This document shows positions 26,414-38,215 of a DNA stretch of 64,000 nt, piece after piece; the first letter of the stretch is position 1, and each line of letters opens with the position of its first letter. The translations under genes and the position numbers were made by a program. The stretch comes from Octopus sinensis (taxonomy: Eukaryota). Below the pieces are notes generated by a model. It searched no databases and was not told the origin of the DNA. It saw only the letters and a program-made list of their open reading frames with translations. The DNA lies in NCBI RefSeq assembly GCF_006345805.1, contig NC_043018.1, positions 28,396,001 through 28,460,000 of the forward strand, given 5' to 3'.

Positions 26414-26780
26414 TCATCGAGGAAAGGAGGGATCGGCTGCTGGGATTTATAGGCTGCCGGGTTCAAAATTGAAACTGGTACCTCCCATTACCTTCACTGT
26501 ACATAACTGTTTAAAATAAAGAATTAATAATAAAAAAACAGAAATGAAAAGAAAACATACGCACTAAAAGTTCTCGTGATAAAGGCAAAAGTAAGCCAGG
26601 TTTCGTTTCAAGGCAAAGTAAGCCAAGTTTTCGTTCAAGTGACATAAAATTTTAATTTTGTAATTTTTTAAATTTCATTCGAACTCGCATAGCATTTTTG
26701 TAACTGTTTTGTCCTGTAATGTATCCATTCTATGTTAGATCTATTGATCATAATAAAGAAAATTTCATCGCTACCTGGTG

Positions 26781-27000
26781 ATTATCGCCCGTTGACGAGG
26801 GACAACAATCCGGAAATTAGTTCGAGCGTATCACTCAGGCTTGCGAGGAAGGGATGGCCTCCCTTTGCAAATACTCCAAGGACAGAGATCTTGTGTCTAA
26901 AGCCAGCTAGAGACGAAGATCTCTCGGGGCTATAAAGCACAGTAACACCCCCTCCCCAATGTGGTTAGCCATGATAAGATGGCTTCTATACTTTATATTA
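26781..27000 (+). mobile_element. Right part of the HHR-containing target repeat
   Basis: Continues directly from 15676 once the LINEs are removed. Ends in (TA)n. Confidence 0.75.
26786..26828 (+). ncRNA. Type I hammerhead ribozyme variant (U3 core)
   Basis: cgcccg-TTGACGA-ggga-caacaa-tccg-GAAA-t-ta-GTT-cgagcg. The partial copy at 15340-15367 supplies tccc-GAAAC-TA-GTT, giving a perfect stem II and a palindromic stem III. Confidence 0.72.
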
Positions 27001-27029
27001 TATATTCTATATATATATATATATATATA

Positions 27030-27231
27030 TCGCCTGTTGATTCGTTAGTTACTGCCGCATTTTTTTTCTCTCCTTATTTCTGTGTTTTTTCTCTCTGGTA
27101 TCTTTCTGTTGAAGAGCGTAGGCTCGAAACGTTAAAGACTTGTTTTATTATATTTCCTGAGCGCCATACTAATACAATTGTTTGTTTGTTCCCACCTGCC
27201 TTCATATTGGTCTATTTTCATAAGCTTCCCG

Positions 27232-27232
<1 letters not shown>
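27030..27232 (+). repeat. Family C repeat with an HHR-like motif (27101-27138)
   Basis: tcttt-CTGTTGA-a-gagc-gtag-gctc-GAAA-c-GTT-aaaga. Flanked by (TA)n. Confidence 0.65.
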
Positions 27233-27283
<51 letters not shown>

Positions 27284-27287
<4 letters not shown>

Positions 27288-27520
27288 ATAGAAATGGTAA
27301 GACAACAAAAGAATGAAAATGACCTCGATATTATGTAAATAGGGGAATTTATCTCTAAATGTAATATATGATAAGTATTCGGTAGCCATGATGAAACTCG
27401 TATGTAAGGGTGGAAATCCACGCTGCCATCTCTTCAGTTATCCGGCCATCGGAAAAATGCTATGAAAATGATCGTTAAACAAAGGGAAATTACTGTGTGA
27501 TTGACTGTTATTAAGACAAA
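27284..27520 (-). repeat. Relic related to the Naiad-like PLE pseudo-LTR, with a decayed HHR
   Basis: Aligns with 420-640 (gacctcgatattatgtaaatag, ggaaatccac, tctcttcagttatc). The GAAA segment is deleted. Confidence 0.7.
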
Positions 27521-28124
27521 AGAGCCATTTAATTGACCGAATGGGGTAAAAATGTACATATTATTCGTGTAAGCGTGCATGTCCATACCTACACATAGCG
27601 CCCGCACACCTACGTACATGCACCTATAAGTATACACTCATCCACCCTCGCTTGAATCATACACATTCTCACCCACACCATTGGCCAAAAAACCATATAC
27701 ATACATCCCCCACACGTGCACCAAAAAGTTTCATACACACGTCTATATACGCACAAACACAAGAAAAAACATAGCCAAGGGCAACAATACAGGAAAGAGT
27801 TCAAGGAAGTATAGAAAATACTTCTTGACACTTTATATGCATACATACATGCATACCTACATAATAGTCATGTATACATAAAACAAAACATACAAATGCG
27901 CACGTATACAACATGCATACATATATACGCATATACATACACACATACAAACAAAACTACCCTGTTGGTGTTGTTGAAATTCCAAAGAAGGAGCATTGAA
28001 TCGAGGTTGGAAACCTTTATCTATTGGCAAGAAATCTTGGAATAAAACTGAATAGTAGCATACATACATGCATACATATTTACATAAATACCGCACACCT
28101 CACTCACAAACACACACATATATA

Positions 28125-28390
28125 TTTCTTTACTACCCACAAGGGGCTAAACATAGAGGGGACAAACAAGGAGAGACAAAGGGTTTAAGTCGATGAAAGG
28201 CAAAGTCGATGAAAGGCAAAGTCGACCTCGGCGGAATTTGAACTCAGAACGCAACGACAGACGAAATACATATTTCTTTACTACGAAATCCACTCATAAG
28301 GCTTTGGTCGGCCCGAGGCAAGTATAAGGCATTTGCCCAAGTTGTTATGCTGTGGGCCTGAACCCGGGCCTGAACAGTGATTCCGGGTTC

Positions 28391-28392
<2 letters not shown>
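28125..28392 (-). mobile_element. Adjacent fragments of SINE families 1 and 2
   Basis: ggcaaagtcgacctcggcggaatttgaactcag, then ccactcataaggctttggtcggcccg. Confidence 0.75.
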
Positions 28393-28449
<57 letters not shown>

Positions 28450-28509
28450 TATACGACGGGCATTTTTCACTTACCATCAAATAAATACATTCACAAGACT
28501 TTGGTCATT

Positions 28510-28872
28510 CTGGACGGGTCGACACTGCATAGTGCTAAAAATCCCAGCAATGCCACCGCACTTCGGGACCAGTTACTGCAACAGCCTGAGTTTCAAGGGC
28601 TCACAGCATTTTATTATTCTCCTAAAGAGCCCGAGGAACCTGCGCAAAGTAGATGTAGGCGTTTTTAAATCAAGGCTGGACCTCTTCCTGTCGAGAATCC
28701 CAGATGAACCTACCTCACAACAGGTGATGCAAATGAGGGTAGCTACAGCAAACTCCATTCTTCACCAAGAGCCACATATTGGAGGAATCTCTCAAAAGTA
28801 ACAGTGTAGTAACACGGCGATGCATCAGCATGGCCGCAGCTCTGAGCTGAGACTACAGTAATAAAAGAAAAA
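28510..28872 (+). mobile_element. 3' fragment of a CR1-group LINE
   Basis: NSLSFKGSQHF..LRKVDVGVFKSRLDLFLSRIPDEP..NSI. The 3' tail is shared with ~44060-44215. Confidence 0.65.
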
Positions 28873-28920
<48 letters not shown>

Positions 28921-28921
<1 letters not shown>

Positions 28922-29522
28922 GAGTGAGAGAGCAGTTCATGCCATCAAAGTGACACTGGGGTAAAATATACGAAGCCCAATATACCCATCATGACTACCC
29001 GTCTGATAAAGGTACACCAGGCACATGCATCACAGCCATATGTGCGCGACATGGTGATCTCATATCAAGATAAACAGCACATGACCTTGCAGGTGGGGCC
29101 CAGTTAGAATTTTCTTCAGGTTGAGTAGCCCATCCCGCTCAAACGGTCCCTGAATAAGGGTTGTTTAAGGATGTTGAAAGGACCACCCATGTTTCCAGAG
29201 GTGAACTATTCAAACCCCAAAGAATCCCTCTCAACACATGGATATGATGCTCCCCCACTACTTCTGCTCGTGATCAGAGATGCACATATCGTCAGCCACT
29301 AAGGGACACGCTCCAAGGTCAAACAACTGACAAGCAAATCTGTGGTATTCAGCAGAATATTTGCTGTAGCCCATCTTTTATACCAAGACAAAACAATGTA
29401 CATGATAACACTTCCAATCAGTTAAGATCAGAAGCCATGAGAGCCACTGCCTGGTACTGCATCAGGGCATTTACCACTGCCTGGTACTGCATCAGGGCAT
29501 AGCCACTGCCTGGTACTGCATC

Positions 29523-29525
<3 letters not shown>
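28921..29525. repeat. Unclassified ~600-bp element embedded in (TAA/ATT)n, with a triplicated ~30-bp end
   Basis: (ATT)n on both sides. ccactgcctggtactgcatcag occurs three times at 29444-29524. Confidence 0.5.
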
Positions 29526-29554
<29 letters not shown>

Positions 29555-29565
29555 CATCATTATTA

Positions 29566-29604
<39 letters not shown>

Positions 29605-29624
29605 CATTATTATTATTATTATTA

Positions 29625-29812
29625 TCCTTTCTACTATAGACACAAGGCTCGAAAGTGTAGGGGGATGGGGTTAGCAGATCCTCAATACACAACTGGTACT
29701 TAAGTCACAGATCGTGAAAGGATGAGAAGCAAAGTCAAACTCGACGGAATTTGAACTCAGAACATGAAGACGGACGAAATGCCTCTAAGCATTTTTTTTT
29801 TGGAGTGCTAAC
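29625..29812 (-). mobile_element. SINE family 1, diverged
   Basis: gcaaagtcaaactcgacggaatttgaactcagaac. Confidence 0.7.
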
Positions 29813-30273
29813 AAAATGAAAAACAGGTTGAAAAGAAACAAAATGATTTAAAACTTATATAACTTGTAGAGAAATTCAAATATGTACACTACGAATTGAG
29901 CAAAGCGAACGAGTGTATCTCTTCACATGAAACAGACTTCTCTATCAAATTATGTAAGGTTTCTACAGCGTGATAAGTTACGGCTTTCGAAAGAAAAATA
30001 AGTTGAGAAGTAGAAACAAAAAAACAACAAAAAAGAAAACAAAAGAAAAGAAAAATTGCAAATAAATAAAATGTCTGAAAATAAAGGAAAGAAATGAAGG
30101 AAAGAGAAAAAGGTTCGAGAACTTCCAATATAAGGAATTGAAGCCATTAAAGAATATGACCAAATCCGAATGAAGAAAATTACATCGAAATACGACTCTG
30201 TATGCGTGCGTGGATATACTTGTGGTCGGTTCCTGCTACATACCCCGCCTTACTTCATTGACTCATTATATAC

Positions 30274-30317
<44 letters not shown>

Positions 30318-30318
30318 T

Positions 30319-30356
<38 letters not shown>

Positions 30357-30402
30357 TATATATATATATATATATATATAAACGTATACATATATATATA
30401 CA

Positions 30403-30460
<58 letters not shown>

Positions 30461-30605
30461 GTGTGTATGTGCCTGTGTGTATCTGTGTATACATACATAC
30501 TTGTTTTATTTGCATACATATACGTGTTTTATTTGCATATATATCTGCACGCGGTCACAGACACACAGACACACACATACATATATACACGCGAATCTTT
30601 TCATC

Positions 30606-30641
<36 letters not shown>

Positions 30642-31559
30642 AAAATATTTATATATGTATGTGTATGTGTTTATATATACATATTTGTTTCTGTGCATGT
30701 GTATATATATATATATATATATATACATAGGTATAAAAATACATGCATATCGAATTTGATCAGATCTCAAAGCTACGTGCATCCAACACCTTAAGAAACC
30801 TCTGGAAAAGAGCAGACACGCGCAAACATATATATACGCACACGCACGCGTGGGCATGCACACACACACACACGCACATACAGGGATAAGCATAAGTAAA
30901 CATCTCCTCTTAGCGTTCCTTAAATACACACACTGGCAACACTTGATGTTTTCGTATTTAACGACAAGAGTCAATAATAACTTGCGTTAAGATCCTTTCA
31001 ACTATAACTAATATACTAACTTATCGTCAAGAATCGCGCTTACCTAATATCCATGGATTCTGCAGACAGCTTTCATATGATAAATATACACTCATGCAGA
31101 TAAATAGATTAAAGTAAACACAACGTGAATCGTATCGTATATGTCATCTGTATTTGCCTTTGTAAAACTAAATACCGGCCATTTTGGATCCAATTTTTCT
31201 TTTAATAACTGCCTCAATAGAATTTGAACAGGGCTGTTGCATTTTGTTAGAATCGGTAGAAAGTTGGAAGAAAGCTTTCAGCTATGTTTTTCTTTCTCTT
31301 TCTATAGAGTCTTCATCTTATGTTACATTGAAATGTAGACGATTTCAACTTCATAATTTTTGTTGCTAAAATCTCGAGCAAATATAGAAATATAGTACCA
31401 GTCATGTACTGGTGTTGATTGAATCGCATATGCCGACATGCAATGGATTCAGTTGGCTCGGACAGTAGACTCCAGTTTCACCGTCCAGCCGTCAGGCTCC
31501 GACAAGAGATGAAGTGATGGACTTCTTAGATTACACTACTGTCTATATATGAATATATA

Positions 31560-31773
31560 TATCATGTTCACAGGCACAATGTCTGAAATTTGGAAGGGGA
31601 GAAATTTAGTCCATTACATCGACCACAGTATTCAGCAGGTACATAATTTAACGACCACGAAAGGGCGAAACGCAAGTCGACCTACGCGGAATTTGAACTC
31701 AGGACGTAATGACAGACGAAATGCCGCTAAGCATTTTACCTAGGGTGCTAACCATTCCGCCAGCACACTGCCT
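31560..31773 (-). mobile_element. SINE family 1, diverged
   Basis: agtcgacctacgcggaatttgaactcagg..ccgctaagcatttt. Confidence 0.7.
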
Positions 31774-32199
31774 TACACGCAGAGAATACGTAATCCTTGT
31801 CTATCTGTTCTTCAAGAATACCAACAACTTTCGGTAATGATATACATATACTACTGAAATACAGATACTGTATAAAAAAACAACTGTAATACTAACCTGT
31901 TCAGTCAAGTTCCGGCAAGTTCCATCAACTTCCGTCCTGTTAACAAGTATTGAAGCAGGTGAATCGGAATATCTTCGAAAAATCAGGAATCATTCCATTA
32001 TATTATTTTCTCGCTTTGTTTGAATTATCACGATTTCGGATTGAAATATGTTCAATTCTGAAAATGTTTCTAAAAAGGATCTCATTATTTTCTTCATTTT
32101 TTTATCTTTGCTTTAATGTACATCGTTTACTTATTGATATTCTTGGTTTTCTTTGAAATATCGGATTTTGTTCATATATATACATACATACATACATAT

Positions 32200-32252
<53 letters not shown>

Positions 32253-32336
32253 ACAAACATGCATATACTATATAGATACAGGACTACATACACACATGAA
32301 TACATATGTATTTACGTATATATGCATATATGTATG

Positions 32337-32373
<37 letters not shown>

Positions 32374-32573
32374 ATGTATGTGTGTGTGTTTGTGTATGTG
32401 TATGTGTGTGCATACATTCATACATACATACATACCCACCTGAAGGTGGTGCTCCAGCGTGGTTGCAGTCAAATGACTGAAAGAAGCAAAAGAATAATAG
32501 ACTACATATATAGACACAGGGAGACATATATATATATATATAGATAGAGAGATAGATAGATAGATAGATAGAC

Positions 32574-32641
<68 letters not shown>

Positions 32642-33914
32642 TGATAGATAGATCTTATACACTCAAACACACTAGGAGAAATTCTTGCGTGCCGAAAATT
32701 TGGAAGCATTTTGGCAAACATAATTACCATTTTGATAGTTGATATTAAGTGCTGCTTCTGTACAATGATGCCTAGGGGGAGATACGCAGGGTTCTTGAGT
32801 AATTCACTTCACAATGATGAGTTCTCAGTTTCGATTCCAGTTCTTGGAGAAATCTCTCATATTTATCACTCTGATAGGTTTTGAAATTTTTTAAGGTTTA
32901 TAAGGAATGCTCACCCTCATCGCACTCTTAATGAATGAATAATCTCATGAGGTAATCGAACAATTGGATGAATATATCGAATTAGACTTGTTATGACAAT
33001 AAATTTATTCGATAGATTTATCTTGATTCAGATGCATGTCCAAAGAAGAATTTTCAAGGTTTCTATGATGTGTGAATCATTTGATATCAAGTTTATTGTT
33101 TAATTTAATTTCGTTACTTACGAAAATATTATCATTATGCTCCATCTAATGTATTCTTTGTAACTGTAATTATTAGGGTCTATGCTGTACATAAAACAGA
33201 ATTTGTAACAGAAATCTGGTGTATTCATCAAATGCTGTGGAGAAAAACAATACTTTTGCGCCGTGGCTTGGTGACGAGATGAAAAGAGTTCCACTTGACC
33301 TAACAGGTGATCATACAATATAGAGCTTCATGAATGAATAAAGTATTTGCAAGTTCAACTCCAGCAAATCTGAGGGACGGTCTCTTAGACTATTTGCTTC
33401 ATCCATGTATAAGTTAGCTTTGATCTATCTGAAACAAGTAGTGTCTCACCTTCATGAGTATGCGTTTCTGATTCTTGGAGAGTATACATACATACTTACG
33501 TAAAGGAGCACTCCGTCGGTTGCGAGGACGAGGATCCCAGCTGACACAGATCTTTCACCTCACAGCTGTCAGTTTTCTGACATCTACCCATCCACAAACG
33601 CAATCACACATTCAGACACACACATACACACATTAAGACAGTTATATATAGTCACACACACAGGTACTCATTCTCAAAAGAAATCATTTAAACCCACCAT
33701 TCTTTTGACCTGCACTTTCTCACCTTACTATTCTTATGCCTCCGTCCTCCTACTTCGTTTGAACTCTTGAACCTTTAGAAACTCCTAGATTCTTCTACAT
33801 TCAGCCACTCTGACGTCACTCATTATAAAGAGACACTCATTATCGCCATGGGCTCCTTTAGAGCGGTCAGCTAAAAGTTTTTTGTGCATTTTGATGTCGA
33901 CATAAGTTCCTTGA

Positions 33915-33997
33915 TTTTCCTGATGAGAAATCTGCATAATCTACTCCTTATTCATTCGGTATTAGGAATATGCAGCCTTCGAAACATATGTCGAGAA
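33915..33997 (+). ncRNA. Type I hammerhead ribozyme, canonical core with a long stem II
   Basis: ttttc-CTGATGA-gaa..ctgcata...tatgcag..ttc-GAAA-c-atat-GTC-gagaa. It is followed by the family terminus and (TA)n. Confidence 0.85.
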
Positions 33998-34038
33998 TAA
34001 AGGATATTTGTTAACTAGTCGTTCAACTCCATTCTTTC

Positions 34039-34083
<45 letters not shown>

Positions 34084-34114
34084 ATATTATATATACATAT
34101 ATATATATATATAT

Positions 34115-34155
<41 letters not shown>

Positions 34156-34952
34156 TATATATATAATATATATATATATATATGCTGAAACAAGAAAAAG
34201 ATTAAATATTGACGTTTATATTTCAAGCAAAATATGGGGTGAGTGAACGTTGAAACGCTTTCGAGGCAATCAAAATTTGATTTAAATATCATTTCGACAG
34301 AGAATACATGGGCGATGTCAAACATTTTGAAGCAGTTTATTAGCCTCAACTTTTAGATTCACATCACTCTATTTCTTCATATTTGAGATTCTGACTTTTT
34401 TTTAGAAAATTTGAATTATGTTCAAGCATTATGAAAATTATTTTTTGGGAATTTGATTTTTAAATGCGCCATTTATATATGAAGGAAAGTTCAAATATAT
34501 TTCTTCTGCATGTATCTCATTCTCTCACAATATTTTATTGCGTTTGTATCTCGTTTTTTTTTGTCTGCTTTTGTCTCATTGTTATACTATATGGTAAGAT
34601 TAAATGGTGATATTGCTTTGAGGAAATCTATTATATAATGACCCTTAAATTAGAATTATTAAATTGTAGAAATAATTTTACATTGACATATTCTCATAAA
34701 TATAGAAAAAGGATTTTAATATTTCAATCTATAATTTAATATGCATAACTTTTCTGAAGAAATGTTTAGCATACTTAATAGATAGATAACTACATGTTGT
34801 GACATACAATTGCTATGTTCTTTTTTTCGTTACTTACTGGCGTCTTCAAAAGTAAAATACTACACTGCCTTTGATACGAATCAGATGTCTTCTTAATATT
34901 TTCGAGATATTTTCTTTTCCACAGCAGGCTCCATATGACATTACTCTCTTAT

Positions 34953-35169
34953 TCTTTTTACTCTTTTACTTGTTTCAGTCATTTGACTGCAGCCATGCTG
35001 GAGCACCGCCTTTAGCCGAGCAAATCGACCCCAGGACTTATTTATTGTAAGCCTAGTGCTCATTCTATTGGAGTCTTTTGCCGAACCGCTAAGTGACGGG
35101 GACATAAACACACCAGCATCGGTTCTCAAGCGATGTTGGATGGGACAAACACAGACACACAAACATACA

Positions 35170-35257
<88 letters not shown>

Positions 35258-35414
35258 TACGACAGGATTCTTTCAGTTTCCGTCTACCAAATCCACTCAC
35301 AAGGCTTTGGTCGGCCCGAGGCTACAGCAGAAGACACTCGCCCATGGAGCCACGCAGTGGGACTGAACCCGGAACCATGTGGTTGGTAAACAAGCTACTT
35401 ACCACACAACCACT
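34953..35414 (-). mobile_element. tRNA-derived CORE-like SINE (family 2) with an internal (TA)/(TG) microsatellite
   Basis: Reverse complement of the 60001-60390 family. Confidence 0.85.
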
Positions 35415-35799
35415 CACAAAACAAAACAAAATTAACGAGAATACAGATCTCATCACCTTCAGGTGCTGAGAGGAGACACTGCTGATCACACTACGCTTCC
35501 AATTTTCTCGTGATTGCACCATTGATTTATCCATCTTAAATTAAATTGCTTCATCAAATCGTCCTCGCGTCGACGTAGAGGACTAACAAACTACTTTTTT
35601 TCCGATTCCATGGATACTATTAGGTTACAGCATGTGTCTACCTGTCTTTTGTGAACCTTGTACATTCGCTAATCTGTGATCCCATTCTTCACTCCGCTCA
35701 GTTCTCAAATTATGTGAGTTCGAATCAGCTCTCTTAGTCATGTTCCTAACATGTTTCTTTTCCTCATCTGTTGTGTCGCAGCCAATCGACGTTCTACCT

Positions 35800-36196
35800 T
35801 CTTCCTGGTTTTTCTCTCGAAAAACGACGACGCCGTGGTGATCTCATTCTCGCTCACAACATCATAAGCGGAAAGTATAACCTCTCAAAAGAGCTGTTCT
35901 TCACTCCTGCTCCAGAGCGTTGGCTGCGGGGTCACTCCGAAAAGCTCTATCTACGACGATTTCATCTCAATCGAAGGAAAGGGCCTTTCTCCGTCCGGGT
36001 TGCGGATCCGTGGAATAAGCTGCCGGACGAGATAGTGAAGATGCCGACGACCGCTCGATTCAAAGGTCTCTTGACCAGAATTGGCCTGAACTCTTTGTAT
36101 GACCACCCTCTCTGTACATAACTCCCTGTCCCCCCTACATGGCCTTGCTTTTGCTTTTTGAGCCAATAAAAATTGAATTGAATTGAATTGAATTGG
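35800..36196 (+). mobile_element. 3' fragment of a CR1 LINE with an (AATTG)n tail
   Basis: SLEKRRRRGDLI..LRGHSEKL..FSVRVADPWNKLP, then aataaa and (aattg)n. Confidence 0.85.
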
Positions 36197-36445
36197 TAGC
36201 CCATGTCTCACATATAAGAGCGCAGGAAGGTCGGTGCAATTGAAGAGTCTGGCAAGTATGGGGTTATCTCACTTTGTTTAGATCATATGCTTTATGGAGC
36301 TAATGCTATAAATCTCATCCTTAGTCGCTTTGAGATTTCAACATCCATACCTCGGCGTCTATTCACTGTGTACTCTGGGTAGGAGTACTTATTTGCCTTC
36401 ATGATTTCATCGCTTACCACCTGTATCAGGTCTTGTGATACAACA

Positions 36446-36920
36446 GGTTGCGAACTGGCAGAATCGTTAGTACGCCGGGTGAAATGCGTAGCCGTATTTC
36501 GTCAGCCGTCACGTTCTGAGTTCAAATTCCACCGAGGTCTACTTTGCTTCTCATCCTTTCGGGGTCGATAAATTAAGTACCAGTTACGCACTGGGGTCGG
36601 TGTAATCGACTTAATCCGTTTGTCTGTCCTTGTTTGTTCTCACTGTGTTTAGCCCCCTTCTGGGTAGTAAAGAAATAGATATCTATATAAAGGCGGCGAG
36701 CTGGCAGAAACGTTAGCACACCGGGTGAAATGCGTAGCCGTATTTCGTCTGCCGCTACGCTCTGAGTTCAAATTCCGCCGAGGTCGACTTTGCTTTTCAT
36801 CCTTTCGGGGTCGATAAATTAAGTACCAGTAACGCACTGGGGTCGATGTAATCGACTTAATCCGTTTCTGTCCTTGTATGTCCCCTCGATGTTTAGCCCC
36901 TTGTGGGCAATAAAGAAACA
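36446..36920 (+). mobile_element. Two tandem SINE family 1 copies (36446-36680, 36691-36920)
   Basis: Head ggcggcgagctggcagaaacgttagc, B box gagttcaaattcc, and central cctttcggggtcgataaattaagtacc. Confidence 0.9.
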
Positions 36921-37378
36921 GATACAACATACCAAGTCATTCTTCAGTATCTTATACGATAAGGGCTATGGTGGTCCGGTAAGTATCGTAGCTGGGTGTA
37001 TGACCTGGCAGTTGCAAACAAGCTGCAAATGTAAAAGTACCGCAATATTGACCTCAGAGAAAGACTTCCTCGCGTATGAAATCGCGTAGCGTGTTTGGTA
37101 GAGGCTAGAAACTAACTAAACTGAAAACATAATAAACAACCTGCTCGCCTGGCCAGCAGGGTGGCCTCATCTTAAAAAAGCCAAAACAATTCGAGCAAAT
37201 GATCCTCAGTATACTGCAGGTTAATTAATTAGATCCTTCGAGGGTGGCGGAGCGCAATCCGTGCTATGAATCTCAGGTACCAATTGGCCGACAAGGAATA
37301 AGATTACAACCCTTGCCATACGTACCTACAACTACAACATTCTTGCTGGAAGTGTGTGTGTGTGGGTGTGTGGTACAC

Positions 37379-37417
<39 letters not shown>

Positions 37418-37467
37418 TATATAAGTATGTATGCAAGTATATATATATATACTGAGAGAGAGAGAGG

Positions 37468-37532
<65 letters not shown>

Positions 37533-38083
37533 GGATATACATATATTAGTTCATGCCTGTAAAGCATTTTTACGTAGGTCGAAGCATTTTCGATAGGATA
37601 CCTCTAATTATCTAAATATAAATGCGTTTATATATACATATATATATATATTATATATGTGTGTGTGTGTGTGTATGTATATATGTACGTATCATAGAAT
37701 TGCATCTGCGTGTGTAAATATTAATATAGCTTGCCATTTATAATAGTCAATAAAATGTCAACGGAAAAATACATACTGTCATTTCTCTAACAACAATTTC
37801 CTTTTAAATGTATCCTAAGGGGAATTTTTCTTGCGTAACACGCACACACACACACAGAGAAAAATACACGCACACAAATTGAGAAGCACACATAATCTCA
37901 CTACCACTTATGTACGTTAAAACACACATACACATACACACCACACACACACACACATATATATATAACCATATGTGTGTGCGTGTATGCGAAGTTCTGT
38001 GTGCATTCCTGTGTGTATGCATGTATGAAGATGTAGTAATCGTGTATATGTATACATTATCATATATATATATATATAATATA

Positions 38084-38128
<45 letters not shown>

Positions 38129-38167
38129 TATTTATATATATATATATATAATATGTATATATATACA

Positions 38168-38215
<48 letters not shown>

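Larger units (their letters stand above)
21244..26762 (+). mobile_element. Full-length Tx1/L1-clade non-LTR retrotransposon, copy 2
   Basis: Near-identical to copy 1, with the same 5' and 3' ends and bounded by the same 18-mer. Confidence 0.95.

Noticed and set aside
26838-26860. HDV-like ribozyme on the minus strand (cttcctcgcaag resembles P3/L3)
   Set aside because: No P1 or P2 partners found, the motif is altered in the other copy, and the plus-strand HHR rod explains the sequence.
31890-31945. Possible 40-nt host exon on the minus strand (ttaacag ... CAG/gttagt)
   Set aside because: Splice-like signals only, with no recognisable peptide or partner exons. RNA-seq would be needed.
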